A DNA stretch of 64,000 nt from an uncultured Porphyromonadaceae bacterium (lineage in GTDB: Bacteria > Bacteroidota > Bacteroidia > Bacteroidales > Muribaculaceae): NCBI GenBank assembly GCA_947175265.1, contig CAMWMD010000003.1, positions 49,804 through 113,803 of the forward strand, in the 5' to 3' direction. Of the stretch, positions 52,371 to 62,305 are shown in pieces. The stretch's first letter is position 1. Every line of letters begins with the position of its first letter. Both the position numbers and the translations under genes were made by a program. The notes under the pieces are model-generated. The model did no database searches, had not been told where the DNA came from, and saw nothing but the letters and a program-made list of their open reading frames with translations.

Positions 52371-54838
52371 AACCTATATATCCTCTTTCCATAATTTTAG
52401 CCCTTTCCGCCTCGGTGAGCGCGGACGGGTCGGCATGGCGTATGCACCCCACGTTTGAAGGGGAGATGACCCATGTGATTGAGACTCCCGAATATGTGTA
52501 TTTCGTCAATCGTGTGTTGCCTAAAGACAATAAGGTTATACCCGACTATATGACGATGTTCCGTCTTGACAAGGAAGGTGAGGAGATTCAGAATATCACC
52601 ACCGACAATTACTTGCCCGTCACTACCCTTTATGAAGTGATGCGTAATTCCGGAAAGGGTTACATCATGACGTTAGGATCGGATTATTCGATATCTTTGC
52701 TCTATGATAACGGCGACGTAAAGGATATTCCCGCCTACCGCCAGGCTTCCATCACCGAGAGTAAGGATGTCAACGCCCTGACCCCGGATGCAGCCCATGA
52801 TAACGTCTATATGGCTACCGGGTTCGGGTATGTGGTGCTTAACGATAAGAAATATGAGATTGCCGACAGCCGCAATTATGGGTCGCCGTTGAAGTCGGTG
52901 GCGCGTATTGGCGATAATATCATAATCCTTACGAACGGCGCCCTTTTATCTGCTCCCGTATCTCATCCGAGATTCTCCTTATCCGATTATAAGACGGTAA
53001 AGCAGATAGCCGCTCCTTTAGGGCTTTACCCTCTCTCGGAGTCGAAATGCGTGCTTTTAGCACAAATGGGCTCATCATCACGCATGTATATCCTCTCGCT
53101 TGACGCGCAGGGTGAGGTGGTGTTGGATCAAGGCGTGGACGGGCAGTACACTTACGTCGAATATAATGACGAGGGGCTGACGCTCAATTCGCGCAACGAC
53201 GTGAAGCAAGTCAACAAGGATGGAAGTTACGTCTCCATACCCCGCCCCGAAGGGTGGACCGGGGGAATCTTCGCTACACGTAATAACCGCGATTTCTGGT
53301 TTGGCGAAGGTGGAAACGGGTTGCTCGGCATGAGATATGACGCAAATTCAGGATGGACCCGGACACAGGATTTCATCATACCTGATGCACCAGCACCATT
53401 TCTGAGCACATGCATGATGGAGCATCCTACTGAGGGGCTGCTCGTGTCGAACTTCGGCAACTGGGGCGACAATTACAACTATGCCGGTAAAAGCCCGCTG
53501 CTGCTCAGCGGGTATAAGGATGGGAGATGGAATGCAGACGCCTTCCGGTCGGCCTCCCCACAGCCGACGGTAATAGTGAATCCATTCGGATTCGCGGTTG
53601 ACCCTGATAACCCGAATTACATATACTCCTCATCCCTTCACTCCGGCATGGCACGCCTGAACCTGGAGGACCCTGCCGATGTGATTCATTTCGTGAGCCC
53701 TTCGCACGCCACAGGAAATGAGACCGGCTACGTCCCCCTGATACCGAATCAGCCCTCTATAAAAGACTGGTCGTGCAGCATGACGACACCACGGTTTGAC
53801 TCATACGGCAATTTATGGAGCATGCACGCTAATTACGACTTCTCCGGGGATAAGTTGCTGTCGGTGTATTGCTGGGAGGCGGCCGACAGGAAAGGAACTG
53901 TGTCGGCTACCGATATCCGTCTCCCCAAACTTGTGATGATTTCCGGAGCAGGACCGGCCCATGCAGGCGATATGAATCCCCTTCTCACGAAAAGGAACAA
54001 GAATCTCCTTGTGTTTTGGAAAAATTCAGGAAAACCTGATCTGATGGTGGTGGATACGGGAGGCACTCCAACCGATACCAACGACGACCGCAGGGAGATG
54101 CTTGTCTCCCCGGTGGACCAGGATGGAAATACGGTCGACGTCGCTGATATGAATGTGATGTTTGAAGATCCCTCCACAGGTTACGTGTGGGTGGGATATT
54201 CAGGAGGGGTATTCTATTTTGATCCGCACACACTGTTGGAGGGTTCCCCGCGGATAAACCGTGTCAAGGTGGCGAGGAATGATGGTACAAACCTTGCCGA
54301 CTATCTCTTGAATGAGGTGGATATCACCAGCATCACGGCCGATGGGTATGGAAACAAATGGTTCGGAACAAACGGCGCGGGCCTGGTATGCACCACTTCT
54401 GACGGAAGGACTATACTTGAGGAGGTGACCCGTGATAATTCCGACCTTCCCTCGGATGAGATAAGCCTTGTAAAATACATTCCCTCTTCCAATTCACTGA
54501 TGATCTCCACGAGACAAGGGCTTTGCGAATACACCTTGAAGAGCAGGGGAAATGCAGGCGATGAAGAGGAGGTGAAGGTTTATCCCAACCCCGTACGCCC
54601 CGAGTATTCCGGGTATATCACGATAGACGGGCTTCGTGACGGAAGTCTGGTGAAAATTGTCGACGGAGGGGGGAATATCGTGAAGGAACTCGGACCGGTC
54701 AGCGGCAGCACAGTAGAATGGGATGGCACCAATCTTCATTTCAGCAAGGTCAGCAGCGGTGTCTATTTCATACTCTCTTCAGGCGGGGATAGCGATTCAT
54801 CCTTTGCCAATGTCGGGAAAGTGCTCGTGGTGAAATGA
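52367..54838 (+). CDS. Large secreted beta-propeller-type protein with T9SS C-terminal sorting domain (PorZ-like)
   Basis: 823 aa with a signal peptide. The clear type-A CTD is VKVYPNPVRPEYSGYITIDGLRDGSLVKIVD...SSGVYFILSS...GKVLVVK. The body is consistent with two-propeller PorZ-type proteins. The PorZ assignment is tentative. Confidence 0.6.
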   Translation: MKPIYPLSIILALSASVSADGSAWRMHPTFEGEMTHVIETPEYVYFVNRVLPKDNKVIPDYMTMFRLDKEGEEIQNITTDNYLPVTTLYEVMRNSGKGYIMTLGSDYSISLLYDNGDVKDIPAYRQASITESKDVNALTPDAAHDNVYMATGFGYVVLNDKKYEIADSRNYGSPLKSVARIGDNIIILTNGALLSAPVSHPRFSLSDYKTVKQIAAPLGLYPLSESKCVLLAQMGSSSRMYILSLDAQGEVVLDQGVDGQYTYVEYNDEGLTLNSRNDVKQVNKDGSYVSIPRPEGWTGGIFATRNNRDFWFGEGGNGLLGMRYDANSGWTRTQDFIIPDAPAPFLSTCMMEHPTEGLLVSNFGNWGDNYNYAGKSPLLLSGYKDGRWNADAFRSASPQPTVIVNPFGFAVDPDNPNYIYSSSLHSGMARLNLEDPADVIHFVSPSHATGNETGYVPLIPNQPSIKDWSCSMTTPRFDSYGNLWSMHANYDFSGDKLLSVYCWEAADRKGTVSATDIRLPKLVMISGAGPAHAGDMNPLLTKRNKNLLVFWKNSGKPDLMVVDTGGTPTDTNDDRREMLVSPVDQDGNTVDVADMNVMFEDPSTGYVWVGYSGGVFYFDPHTLLEGSPRINRVKVARNDGTNLADYLLNEVDITSITADGYGNKWFGTNGAGLVCTTSDGRTILEEVTRDNSDLPSDEISLVKYIPSSNSLMISTRQGLCEYTLKSRGNAGDEEEVKVYPNPVRPEYSGYITIDGLRDGSLVKIVDGGGNIVKELGPVSGSTVEWDGTNLHFSKVSSGVYFILSSGGDSDSSFANVGKVLVVK

Positions 54839-54872
54839 CCTTAATCCCTGTCAATAAGAAAAAAGAAACTCA

Positions 54873-55634
54873 ATGGGAAAGAATAAGCTAAAGAAATTCG
54901 CAGATATGGCCACGTTCGGATGTGTGCTGCAATATCCGCGTGAAGTGCTCCTTCAGGAGGGCTTCCCCTATTTCGGAAAATGGAACGAACACTTCTTTAA
55001 GAACGACGGACTTATAACCCTTGAACTCGGTTGCGGAAAGGGTGAGTACACGGTGGCGTTGGCCAAGGCTAATCCCGAAAGGAATTACATAGGCGTTGAC
55101 GTGAAAGGAGCCAGGATGTGGAGCGGAGCACGCGAAGTGGAGGAGAACGGTATAGGGAACGCCGCCTTCCTGAGAGCGGAGATAGAGAACATCGACAGAT
55201 TCTTCGCTCCCGGCGAGGTGGATGAGATCTGGATAACGTTCCCCGACCCCCAGATGCAGAAGACAAGGAAAAGGTTGACCTCAACACGCTTCCTGAAGAT
55301 GTATGGCCAATTCCTCCGTCCCGGAGGCCTTATAAACCTCAAGACGGATTCCCCTTTCCTCTTTGAGTATACACGCCGTCTGGCCGAACTCAACGGATTC
55401 GAGATAGACTTCATCACCGACGACCTCTACGGGAGCGGCAAGGCGGATCCCGTCACCTCGATAAAGACTTATTATGAGAGCCAATGGCTTTCGAGGGGTA
55501 AGAAGATAAAGTTGATAAAAATGCGTGTGAAGGATTTCGACAATCTTCAGGAGCCACCGTCCGACGATATAGAGCGCGATGATTATCGCGCCTATCCCCG
55601 GCATACTGTAATAAAGTCAGAGGTTGGGATTTAA
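54873..55634 (+). CDS. trmB: tRNA (guanine-N7)-methyltransferase
   Basis: 253 aa with SAM-binding ITLELGCGKGEYT and the FPDPQ motif (ITFPDPQMQK). Confidence 0.92.
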   Translation: MGKNKLKKFADMATFGCVLQYPREVLLQEGFPYFGKWNEHFFKNDGLITLELGCGKGEYTVALAKANPERNYIGVDVKGARMWSGAREVEENGIGNAAFLRAEIENIDRFFAPGEVDEIWITFPDPQMQKTRKRLTSTRFLKMYGQFLRPGGLINLKTDSPFLFEYTRRLAELNGFEIDFITDDLYGSGKADPVTSIKTYYESQWLSRGKKIKLIKMRVKDFDNLQEPPSDDIERDDYRAYPRHTVIKSEVGI

Positions 55635-55644
55635 TGCTTATTGA

Positions 55645-55698
55645 GTCTTATAAGATTTATAAGCCCCGGAAGTCCCGGAAGATTTATCAGAAATTCGA
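55645..55698 (+). repeat. 9-bp-periodic degenerate repeat array after the trmB stop codon
   Basis: The six 9-mers are gtcttataa gatttataa gccccggaa gtcccggaa gatttatca gaaattcga. The first two are identical to units of the leuS array. Confidence 0.8.
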
Positions 55699-55717
55699 CA
55701 ATGAAATAAAATAAATT

Positions 55718-56842
55718 ATGACATTATATCCGAATCTGATTCTTGATGCTCTCAAGAATGTGAAATATCCCGGCAACGGCAAGAGTATAGTGGAGAATGG
55801 CATGGTTGAGGATGATATCCGTATTGATGGCAATAAGGTGTCGTTCTCAATAGTCTTCGACAAGCCGACCAATCCGTTCATCCGCAGTGTGGTGCGCTCA
55901 GCGGAGGCAGCCATAAACGCCTATATCTCTCCTGAAGTGGAGATAAAGGACAACATAAACGTGAAATACAGTCAGCCGGCAGCACTGAAACCGGCCAATC
56001 CGCTCCCCGGAGTCAAGAATATCATAGGTATCTCATCCGGTAAGGGTGGTGTCGGGAAATCTACCGTGGCCGCCAATGTGGCCATCGCACTCGCTGCAAA
56101 AGGGTATAAGGTGGGTCTTCTCGATGCCGATATTTTCGGCCCGTCAATGCCTAAGATGTTCGGCGTGGAGGATGAGCAACTCTACATGGTGAACAAGGAG
56201 GGGCGCGACTGGATAGAGCCTGTGGAGAAATATGGCGTGAAGATGCTCAGTATCGGCTTTGTCGTGGATAAGGATAGCGCGGTGTTATGGCGCGGAACCA
56301 TGGCAAGCAATGCCCTCAAGCAGTTGATAACCGATGCATGGTGGGGCGAGCTGGATTATTTCCTGATAGATATGCCTCCCGGTACCAGCGACATACATCT
56401 CACCCTTGTGCAGACTCTCGGCATAACCGGAGTGGTGGTGGTATCCACACCCCAGGAGGTTGCGTTGGCCGATGCCCGTAAGGGTATATCCATGTTCAGG
56501 GGAGAGAAGGTGAACGTCCCCGTGCTCGGTGTGGTGGAGAATATGGCATGGTTCACTCCGGCCCCTCATCCCGATGAGAGATACTTCATTTTCGGTAACG
56601 GTGGTGCCGCACGTTTGGCGGAGGAACTCGGCGTGCGCCTTCTCGCGCAGATACCTCTTGTGGCTGATATATGCGCTACGGCCGACAATGGCGCACCCAC
56701 CGCGACTAATCTTCTTGAGGCCGAGGCTACGGCTCCAAATCCTGAGACGGAGGCTTTCTCTGCGCTTGCCGACGTGATTGTGGAGGCTTGTGAGGAACGC
56801 AACTCAAATCTCCCCCCGACAATGAAGGTGGAGACCCACTGA
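55718..56842 (+). CDS. apbC: Mrp/NBP35-family Fe-S cluster carrier ATPase
   Basis: 374 aa with an N-terminal DUF59-like domain and the deviant Walker A SGKGGVGKST. Confidence 0.9.
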   Translation: MTLYPNLILDALKNVKYPGNGKSIVENGMVEDDIRIDGNKVSFSIVFDKPTNPFIRSVVRSAEAAINAYISPEVEIKDNINVKYSQPAALKPANPLPGVKNIIGISSGKGGVGKSTVAANVAIALAAKGYKVGLLDADIFGPSMPKMFGVEDEQLYMVNKEGRDWIEPVEKYGVKMLSIGFVVDKDSAVLWRGTMASNALKQLITDAWWGELDYFLIDMPPGTSDIHLTLVQTLGITGVVVVSTPQEVALADARKGISMFRGEKVNVPVLGVVENMAWFTPAPHPDERYFIFGNGGAARLAEELGVRLLAQIPLVADICATADNGAPTATNLLEAEATAPNPETEAFSALADVIVEACEERNSNLPPTMKVETH

Positions 56843-56862
56843 TAAGCAGAAAGTGAGAATAA

Positions 56863-58068
56863 TCAGGCGAATGTGAAATTCTTTTTGCGGTGAGGCCTGT
56901 GGCGCAGACGGAATATAAGGTTTCCGAGCGGACGCCAGAGCATATACAGAGGCAGCAGCACCCAAGGCGTTGAAGCGTCAAGGCGGTGGGCTGCCTTTTC
57001 GTATACCACAATCTCTGTTATATTGAATGCCAGAAGGATGACCAAAGCCATTGAGGCGGGAAAGAGATTGGGGAGTGGAATTAAAGCCGCTGCCACGGCG
57101 GAAGCGGTGACAAGCCATTGCATTGACGACCCCAAACCCTCCCGTAGGAATGGCAGGGACGGGAGGAAAGTGGATGTGAACTGATAGCGTTCTTTCAGGT
57201 CGGCGTGCATCCTGTTGGCTGCCTCACCCCAGTCGACCGTGAGGATTGATTCCTTGACCAGCATCACCTCCGTGTTAATGTCGTCGGCGATGTCATAGAT
57301 GAAAAGATCGTCATCACCGTGCATAAGGTGGATGGTCTTTGAATACCCTTTCTGTTCAAAGAATAATTTCCTGCGGTAGGCGAGGTTATGGCCATCGCCC
57401 CTGAACGTTCTCCCGTTCAGGGATGCTCCGATCCATTGCATTGAGGTGAGGGTGTTGTCAAATTCCCGATACCACTTAGCCGGGCCGGAGAATTGGGAGG
57501 GGTCAATGTGCGACACACCGAGAACGATGTCGGTGTAACTGTTTTCAGCGAAGGGTGTCATCATGAGGGTAAGCCATGAAGATGAGGGTATGATGCAATT
57601 GGAAGTGGTGGTGAGCACTACTTCCCCTTTCGCTGCCTTTATCCCTAATGTCAGTGCCAGTTTCCTGCGGCTGAGGTTATGTGAACCCGGGGGTATGAAC
57701 GTCACGTACAGTTTGTCGGGATAGAGCGATGTGAGGCGTTCGGCGAGCCCCGCAGTTACTTCGTTGTTCCCTTCATTGACCACTACCACTTCAAAATCAT
57801 GGTAATCCTGACTCATGAGGGTAGAGAGGTATTCGGTCAGTTTCTCCTCACAGGTATATGCGTAGACCACGACAGAGACCTTCGGCCCCTTTGCAGGATG
57901 TTCGGCTTCAGGGTTAATGATATGTGCGTAATCATCGGTCTGTTCGTCGGCAGTGCGCACAATCTTCAGCATCGGGAGGAAACGTGCCTTCAGAGCCACA
58001 ATAGCCGCAAGCACCGCGATGCCCGCCAAAATCCAGATATATACAGGGATGTTGAAATCAAAAATCAT
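56863..58068 (-). CDS. Family 2 glycosyltransferase, membrane-anchored
   Basis: 401 aa with an N-terminal TM segment, the GT2 block VSVVVYAYTCEEKLTEYLSTLMSQDY and C-terminal TM segments. Confidence 0.8.
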   Translation of the reverse strand: MIFDFNIPVYIWILAGIAVLAAIVALKARFLPMLKIVRTADEQTDDYAHIINPEAEHPAKGPKVSVVVYAYTCEEKLTEYLSTLMSQDYHDFEVVVVNEGNNEVTAGLAERLTSLYPDKLYVTFIPPGSHNLSRRKLALTLGIKAAKGEVVLTTTSNCIIPSSSWLTLMMTPFAENSYTDIVLGVSHIDPSQFSGPAKWYREFDNTLTSMQWIGASLNGRTFRGDGHNLAYRRKLFFEQKGYSKTIHLMHGDDDLFIYDIADDINTEVMLVKESILTVDWGEAANRMHADLKERYQFTSTFLPSLPFLREGLGSSMQWLVTASAVAAALIPLPNLFPASMALVILLAFNITEIVVYEKAAHRLDASTPWVLLPLYMLWRPLGNLIFRLRHRPHRKKNFTFA

Positions 58069-58107
58069 TTTTAATATGTGGGGAGAGTCTGGTTTGGAAT
58101 GCGTGTA

Positions 58108-58950
58108 TTAATATTCAGAGAAGAAATACGGTTTGAATACGATGCCCACACGGAACATGGAGTGGAACTTGTTATAGTCGAGCAGACATTCCCCGTAGCC
58201 GTTATAGTATTGCGCGAACAGGTTTAGGTTCATTTTCTCATTCACCTTCCATGCAGTCTCAAGGATGGTGTTGCAGTTTAGGTTCCATCCTTTACGCTTC
58301 ACCATCGTGAGTCCGAAAGTCCATTTCTTGTTGAAGGTCATTGCCGTTAGACCCCATTGGAAAATTCCGCAGTAATTCAGGATATCCTTGTTGTTCATTC
58401 CGTCGATTATGGGAATCCATATTTTACCATGCACCATCAGCAATTCGTCGATCATGGTGTGTCCGCAGAAGGATATCCTGTTCCAGCTTCTTGAGGAATC
58501 ACCGTCGCGCCCGTTGCTCTCGTGCTCGAGGAGCAGAGTGAGTTTGCCGACATACCTCCCCTTGCTGAAGAAAGGTTTCGCCCAGCCTATTCCGGGGTTG
58601 TAGTTGAGGTCGTGCATGGGGAGGGAATTCTCGAAGACATTCCAGAAGGTCTTCTGATTATACATTATGAAGAGATAGGAATGCCAGGGCAACACGGCAT
58701 TTGTTATGCGGAAAGCGAGTGAAATCTGGAACTTTACGTCGGAATTTGTGCGTGTCGGCTTTTTCCCGAGGGTAGTGCCGACAGTGAAATAATTATCTTT
58801 ATAGAGTCCGAAATAGGGCCCGTAGTCAAGAGTCTCTTTCAGGGAATCGGTAAATTCCTTTTCGTGCTGCGCCGGAATAATCTGCGCCACGCTTTCCCGA
58901 GAGGAAAAGAGCAGGGAGAAGAGGATGATGAGAAAGATTTTTGATTTCAT
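58108..58950 (-). CDS. pldA: Outer-membrane phospholipase A
   Basis: It has the OMPLA catalytic motif LLLEHESNGRDG. The signal peptide starts at MKSKIFLIILFSLLF. A -7 box at 59017..59024 fits this start rather than the tracked one at 59028. Confidence 0.85.
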   Translation of the reverse strand: MKSKIFLIILFSLLFSSRESVAQIIPAQHEKEFTDSLKETLDYGPYFGLYKDNYFTVGTTLGKKPTRTNSDVKFQISLAFRITNAVLPWHSYLFIMYNQKTFWNVFENSLPMHDLNYNPGIGWAKPFFSKGRYVGKLTLLLEHESNGRDGDSSRSWNRISFCGHTMIDELLMVHGKIWIPIIDGMNNKDILNYCGIFQWGLTAMTFNKKWTFGLTMVKRKGWNLNCNTILETAWKVNEKMNLNLFAQYYNGYGECLLDYNKFHSMFRVGIVFKPYFFSEY

Positions 58951-59016
58951 GTGGGGAGGGGTTGTATAAATTCCGATGAGTCTGCGGCAGGTATGACCGT
59001 GCGCGGAATCACGGTG

Positions 59017-59024
59017 CAAATTTA
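59017..59024 (-). promoter_or_regulatory. -7 promoter box TAAATTTG (minus strand) for pldA-GT2
   Basis: The plus strand reads CAAATTTA. It lies 67 nt upstream of the ATG at 58950. Confidence 0.6.
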
Positions 59025-59140
59025 GCAATTCTTTTGCAATATATTATATAGGAAAGAGCAAAACCGAATCCCGATTTGCTTATAAGGAGGTTAAAAAGGT
59101 ATGTAAGGCGGAAAATATTGTATGAGGTGGGAAAAATTAC

Positions 59141-59148
59141 TAACTTTG
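59141..59148 (+). promoter_or_regulatory. -7 promoter box TAACTTTG for the MATE gene
   Basis: This is a perfect TAnnTTTG(C) match 29 nt upstream of the ATG. Confidence 0.65.
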
Positions 59149-59176
59149 CCGTAACAAACAATATTAGGAAACGAAT

Positions 59177-60565
59177 ATGGGAACTGCATCATCCAACAGT
59201 GCCGACAGATTGAAGGAACTCGGGACAGAGAAAATCTGGAGGCTTCTGCTGAAATATAGTCTGCCGGCTGTAGTCGGAACGGTGGTCATGTCGATCTACA
59301 ACATAATTGACTCCATCGTGATAGGTCATGCCATAGATGATCCCAACGTGGTCAGCGGAATTGCAGTGACGTTCCCGGTCATGAACCTTGCGACTGCCCT
59401 CGGTATGCTTATCGGCGCCGGCTCCGCCACGAGGATAAGCATAGTCATGGGCCAGCAGAATAAGCCTATGGCGGAGAAAATTTTGGGAAACTCCGTGCAG
59501 TTGACCGTATTGGTGGGAATCATCTATATCACCCTATTCGCCATTTTCCTCACGCCTATCCTGAAGATATTCGGCGCTTCCCCCAATTCCCTCCCTTATG
59601 CCCGCGAATTCCTTATATGGGTGCTTCCCGGGATGGTGCTCATGAATCTCACCTTCTCCTATAACAATGTGATGCGCGCCACCGGGTATCCGGGGAAGGC
59701 GATGTATACCAACCTTATCGGAGCTGGTCTCAATGCCATACTTGCCCCTCTGTTCCTGTTCGGTTTCCACTGGGGCATCAAGGGTGCGGCCATCGCTACG
59801 GATATCTCCATGCTTGTGACCGCCTTCTTCGTCATGTCGCATTTCTTTCAGAAGAAGAGCGAGCTCCATTTTAAGAGAGGGACTTTCAAACTTGACTGGG
59901 ATGTGATAAAATCCATACTTTACATAGGTATGGCGCCTTTCCTCATAAACGTCGCCGGCTCCGGCATCAATGCGATAATCAACAATTCCCTCCTCAAATA
60001 CGGCGGGGATGATGCCATAGCCTCAGTGGTGGTATTCAACCGCTTTGTCACCATCTTCGTGATGATCGTGATGGGTATATGCCAGGGTATGCAGCCTATC
60101 CTGGGATATAACTACGGCTCAAGGAAATTCAAGCGTCTTTTCGGCACTCTGCGCCTGGCCATAATATGCGCTTTGATATTCACCACTACGGGAAGCCTCA
60201 TCGGGGCCTTCAACCCGAGGGTGATAGCCGGGCTGTTCATGCAGGATGCGCAGCAGATAGAATGTGCGGTCAATTGTCTCCGTATAACCACACTGACGTT
60301 CTGGATAGTGGGATTCCAGATTGTGGGCACCAATTTCTTCCAGTCATTGGGTATGGCGGGTAAGGCGGTGTTCCTGTCGCTGACAAGACAGATCATATTC
60401 ATGATTCCCATGCTTCTGCTACTTCCGCCCCGTTTCGGCCTTGACGGAGTGTGGAGTTGTTTCCCGGTGTGCGATGCCGCGGCGTCGATTATCACAGCGA
60501 TAATGCTTACCTGGCAGATTCATAAGATAAAGAAGTCTCAGGCGTTGCCGGTTTCAGCCGGATGA
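59177..60565 (+). CDS. MATE-family efflux transporter
   Basis: 462 aa with 12 TM segments and a MATE N-terminal pattern (LLKYSLPAVVGTVVMSIYNIIDSIVIG). Confidence 0.88.
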   Translation: MGTASSNSADRLKELGTEKIWRLLLKYSLPAVVGTVVMSIYNIIDSIVIGHAIDDPNVVSGIAVTFPVMNLATALGMLIGAGSATRISIVMGQQNKPMAEKILGNSVQLTVLVGIIYITLFAIFLTPILKIFGASPNSLPYAREFLIWVLPGMVLMNLTFSYNNVMRATGYPGKAMYTNLIGAGLNAILAPLFLFGFHWGIKGAAIATDISMLVTAFFVMSHFFQKKSELHFKRGTFKLDWDVIKSILYIGMAPFLINVAGSGINAIINNSLLKYGGDDAIASVVVFNRFVTIFVMIVMGICQGMQPILGYNYGSRKFKRLFGTLRLAIICALIFTTTGSLIGAFNPRVIAGLFMQDAQQIECAVNCLRITTLTFWIVGFQIVGTNFFQSLGMAGKAVFLSLTRQIIFMIPMLLLLPPRFGLDGVWSCFPVCDAAASIITAIMLTWQIHKIKKSQALPVSAG

Positions 60566-60599
60566 GCCGTCATAATCTCATGACCAAAAAGCAGACAAG

Positions 60600-62141
60600 A
60601 TGAAAATTGATTTTACTCCATTCGTCAGAAAGGGATTCGAGAAACTGGCTGATCGTACTGACACATGGGATACGGACGGCGAGGCTCTGCAGCGTAAGGT
60701 GCTCCGCGATCTGCTCCGGAAAGGGAGCGGCACGGAATACGGCAGGAGATATGATTTCGCCGACATGCTGCATACAGGAGATTCCTATAACCGTTTCGCC
60801 ACGGGTGTCGCCCCGGTGGCATACGAGGATATCCGCCCCTACGTGATGCGTATGATAAGGGGGGAGAGGGATGTGCTCTGGAGAGGTGTATGCCGTGATT
60901 ATGCCCAATCGTCAGGGACATCGGGGGGGAAATCCAAGTTCATACCAGTCACACCTGATTCGCTGAAAGGGAATCACTATCCCGGAGGGGCAGACTGTGT
61001 GGCCCATTATCTGAGGCAGGTAAGGGAGAGCCGCATTTTCTCCGGAAAGGGGTTTATACTCGGAGGGTCGTTCTCCAACACATTGGGCATAAAGTCAGGC
61101 AAGGTGCATATCGGCGACCTTAGCGCGACACTGATAAACCGTATCAATCCGCTGGCAAATTTTGTGCGCATACCCGACAAGAAGACCGCCCTGCTGGCCG
61201 ATTGGGAGGAGAAACTGCCGGCACTTGTCAAGGCGGCTTCCAAGGAGAATGTGACGAATATATCGGGAGTTCCCTCATGGTTCCTTACGGTGCTGAGAAA
61301 GATAATGGAGGAGCGTGGGGCAGCCACAATACACGAGGTATGGCCTAATCTGGAGGTCTTTTTCCACGGGGGGATATCGTTTGAGCCATACAGGGATGAA
61401 TACCGGAGGCTGACGGATGCAGGGAAGATGCACTTTCTGGAGACGTATAACGCTTCTGAGGGATTCTTTGCCGTGCAGAATGATCTTTCCGACCCCGGCA
61501 TGCTCCTCATCATAGATAAGGATGTGTTCTATGAATTCATACCCGTAGAGGGCTCCGACCGTATGCCGCGTCCTCTCTGGGAAGTGGAGAAGGGGGTAGT
61601 GTATGAACTTGTGATAACCTCAAGCAACGGGCTCTGGCGTTATCGTCTGGGCGACACTGTAAGGGTGGTATCCACCTCACCATTGAAAATCACCATAGCG
61701 GGGAGGACCCGCAGTTTCATAAATGCATTCGGTGAGGAGTTGATGGAAGACAACGCCGAGAAGGCTATGGCACAGGCCTGTGAGCGCACCAACAGCGCCA
61801 TCCTCAACTATACGGCCGCGCCGGTATTCGCCTCTGACGGTAAGAAGGGTCGCCACCAATGGCTCATAGAGTGGGAGAAAGCCCCTTCCGACAACGGTGC
61901 TTTCGCCGAAGTGCTGGATGAGGAATTGAGGAAACTGAATTCAGACTATGATGCCAAGCGCAGCCATTCCCTGTTTCTCGACCCGCCGGAGGTGCTGAGT
62001 GCGCCCTCGGGGCTTTTTGACAATTGGCTTAAAAGCGCAGGGAGCCATAAATTGGGTGGACAGCGTAAAGTGGTAAGGTTGAGTAATGACCGGGAGATAA
62101 TGGAGAAGTTGTTTGCCCTTATAGCAAAAATGAATAAATAA
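60600..62141 (+). CDS. GH3 (auxin-responsive promoter) family protein, acyl-acid amido synthetase-like
   Basis: 513 aa with the adenylate-forming P-loop-like SSGTSGGKSKFIP, YNASEGFFA and RYRLGD. This pattern is typical of bacterial GH3-family proteins. Confidence 0.8.
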   Translation: MKIDFTPFVRKGFEKLADRTDTWDTDGEALQRKVLRDLLRKGSGTEYGRRYDFADMLHTGDSYNRFATGVAPVAYEDIRPYVMRMIRGERDVLWRGVCRDYAQSSGTSGGKSKFIPVTPDSLKGNHYPGGADCVAHYLRQVRESRIFSGKGFILGGSFSNTLGIKSGKVHIGDLSATLINRINPLANFVRIPDKKTALLADWEEKLPALVKAASKENVTNISGVPSWFLTVLRKIMEERGAATIHEVWPNLEVFFHGGISFEPYRDEYRRLTDAGKMHFLETYNASEGFFAVQNDLSDPGMLLIIDKDVFYEFIPVEGSDRMPRPLWEVEKGVVYELVITSSNGLWRYRLGDTVRVVSTSPLKITIAGRTRSFINAFGEELMEDNAEKAMAQACERTNSAILNYTAAPVFASDGKKGRHQWLIEWEKAPSDNGAFAEVLDEELRKLNSDYDAKRSHSLFLDPPEVLSAPSGLFDNWLKSAGSHKLGGQRKVVRLSNDREIMEKLFALIAKMNK

Positions 62142-62208
62142 TGTGTAATATTTGTTCATATTAACATAGTTTAACTATTTCTATCGTTATTTTTGAGTTG
62201 ATTAATAG

Positions 62209-62216
62209 TAATTTTG
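62209..62216 (+). promoter_or_regulatory. -7 promoter box TAATTTTG for the 212-aa secreted protein gene
   Basis: This is a perfect TAnnTTTG(C) match 90 nt upstream of the ATG. Confidence 0.6.
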
Positions 62217-62305
62217 CGATTGGAACAAAAGGGTTCCTTACCGCTTCACTTCTTGCCGATGTAGCGGACGTTCCGAAATGAAGTCAAAATTCTAAACTAA
62301 CAAAG

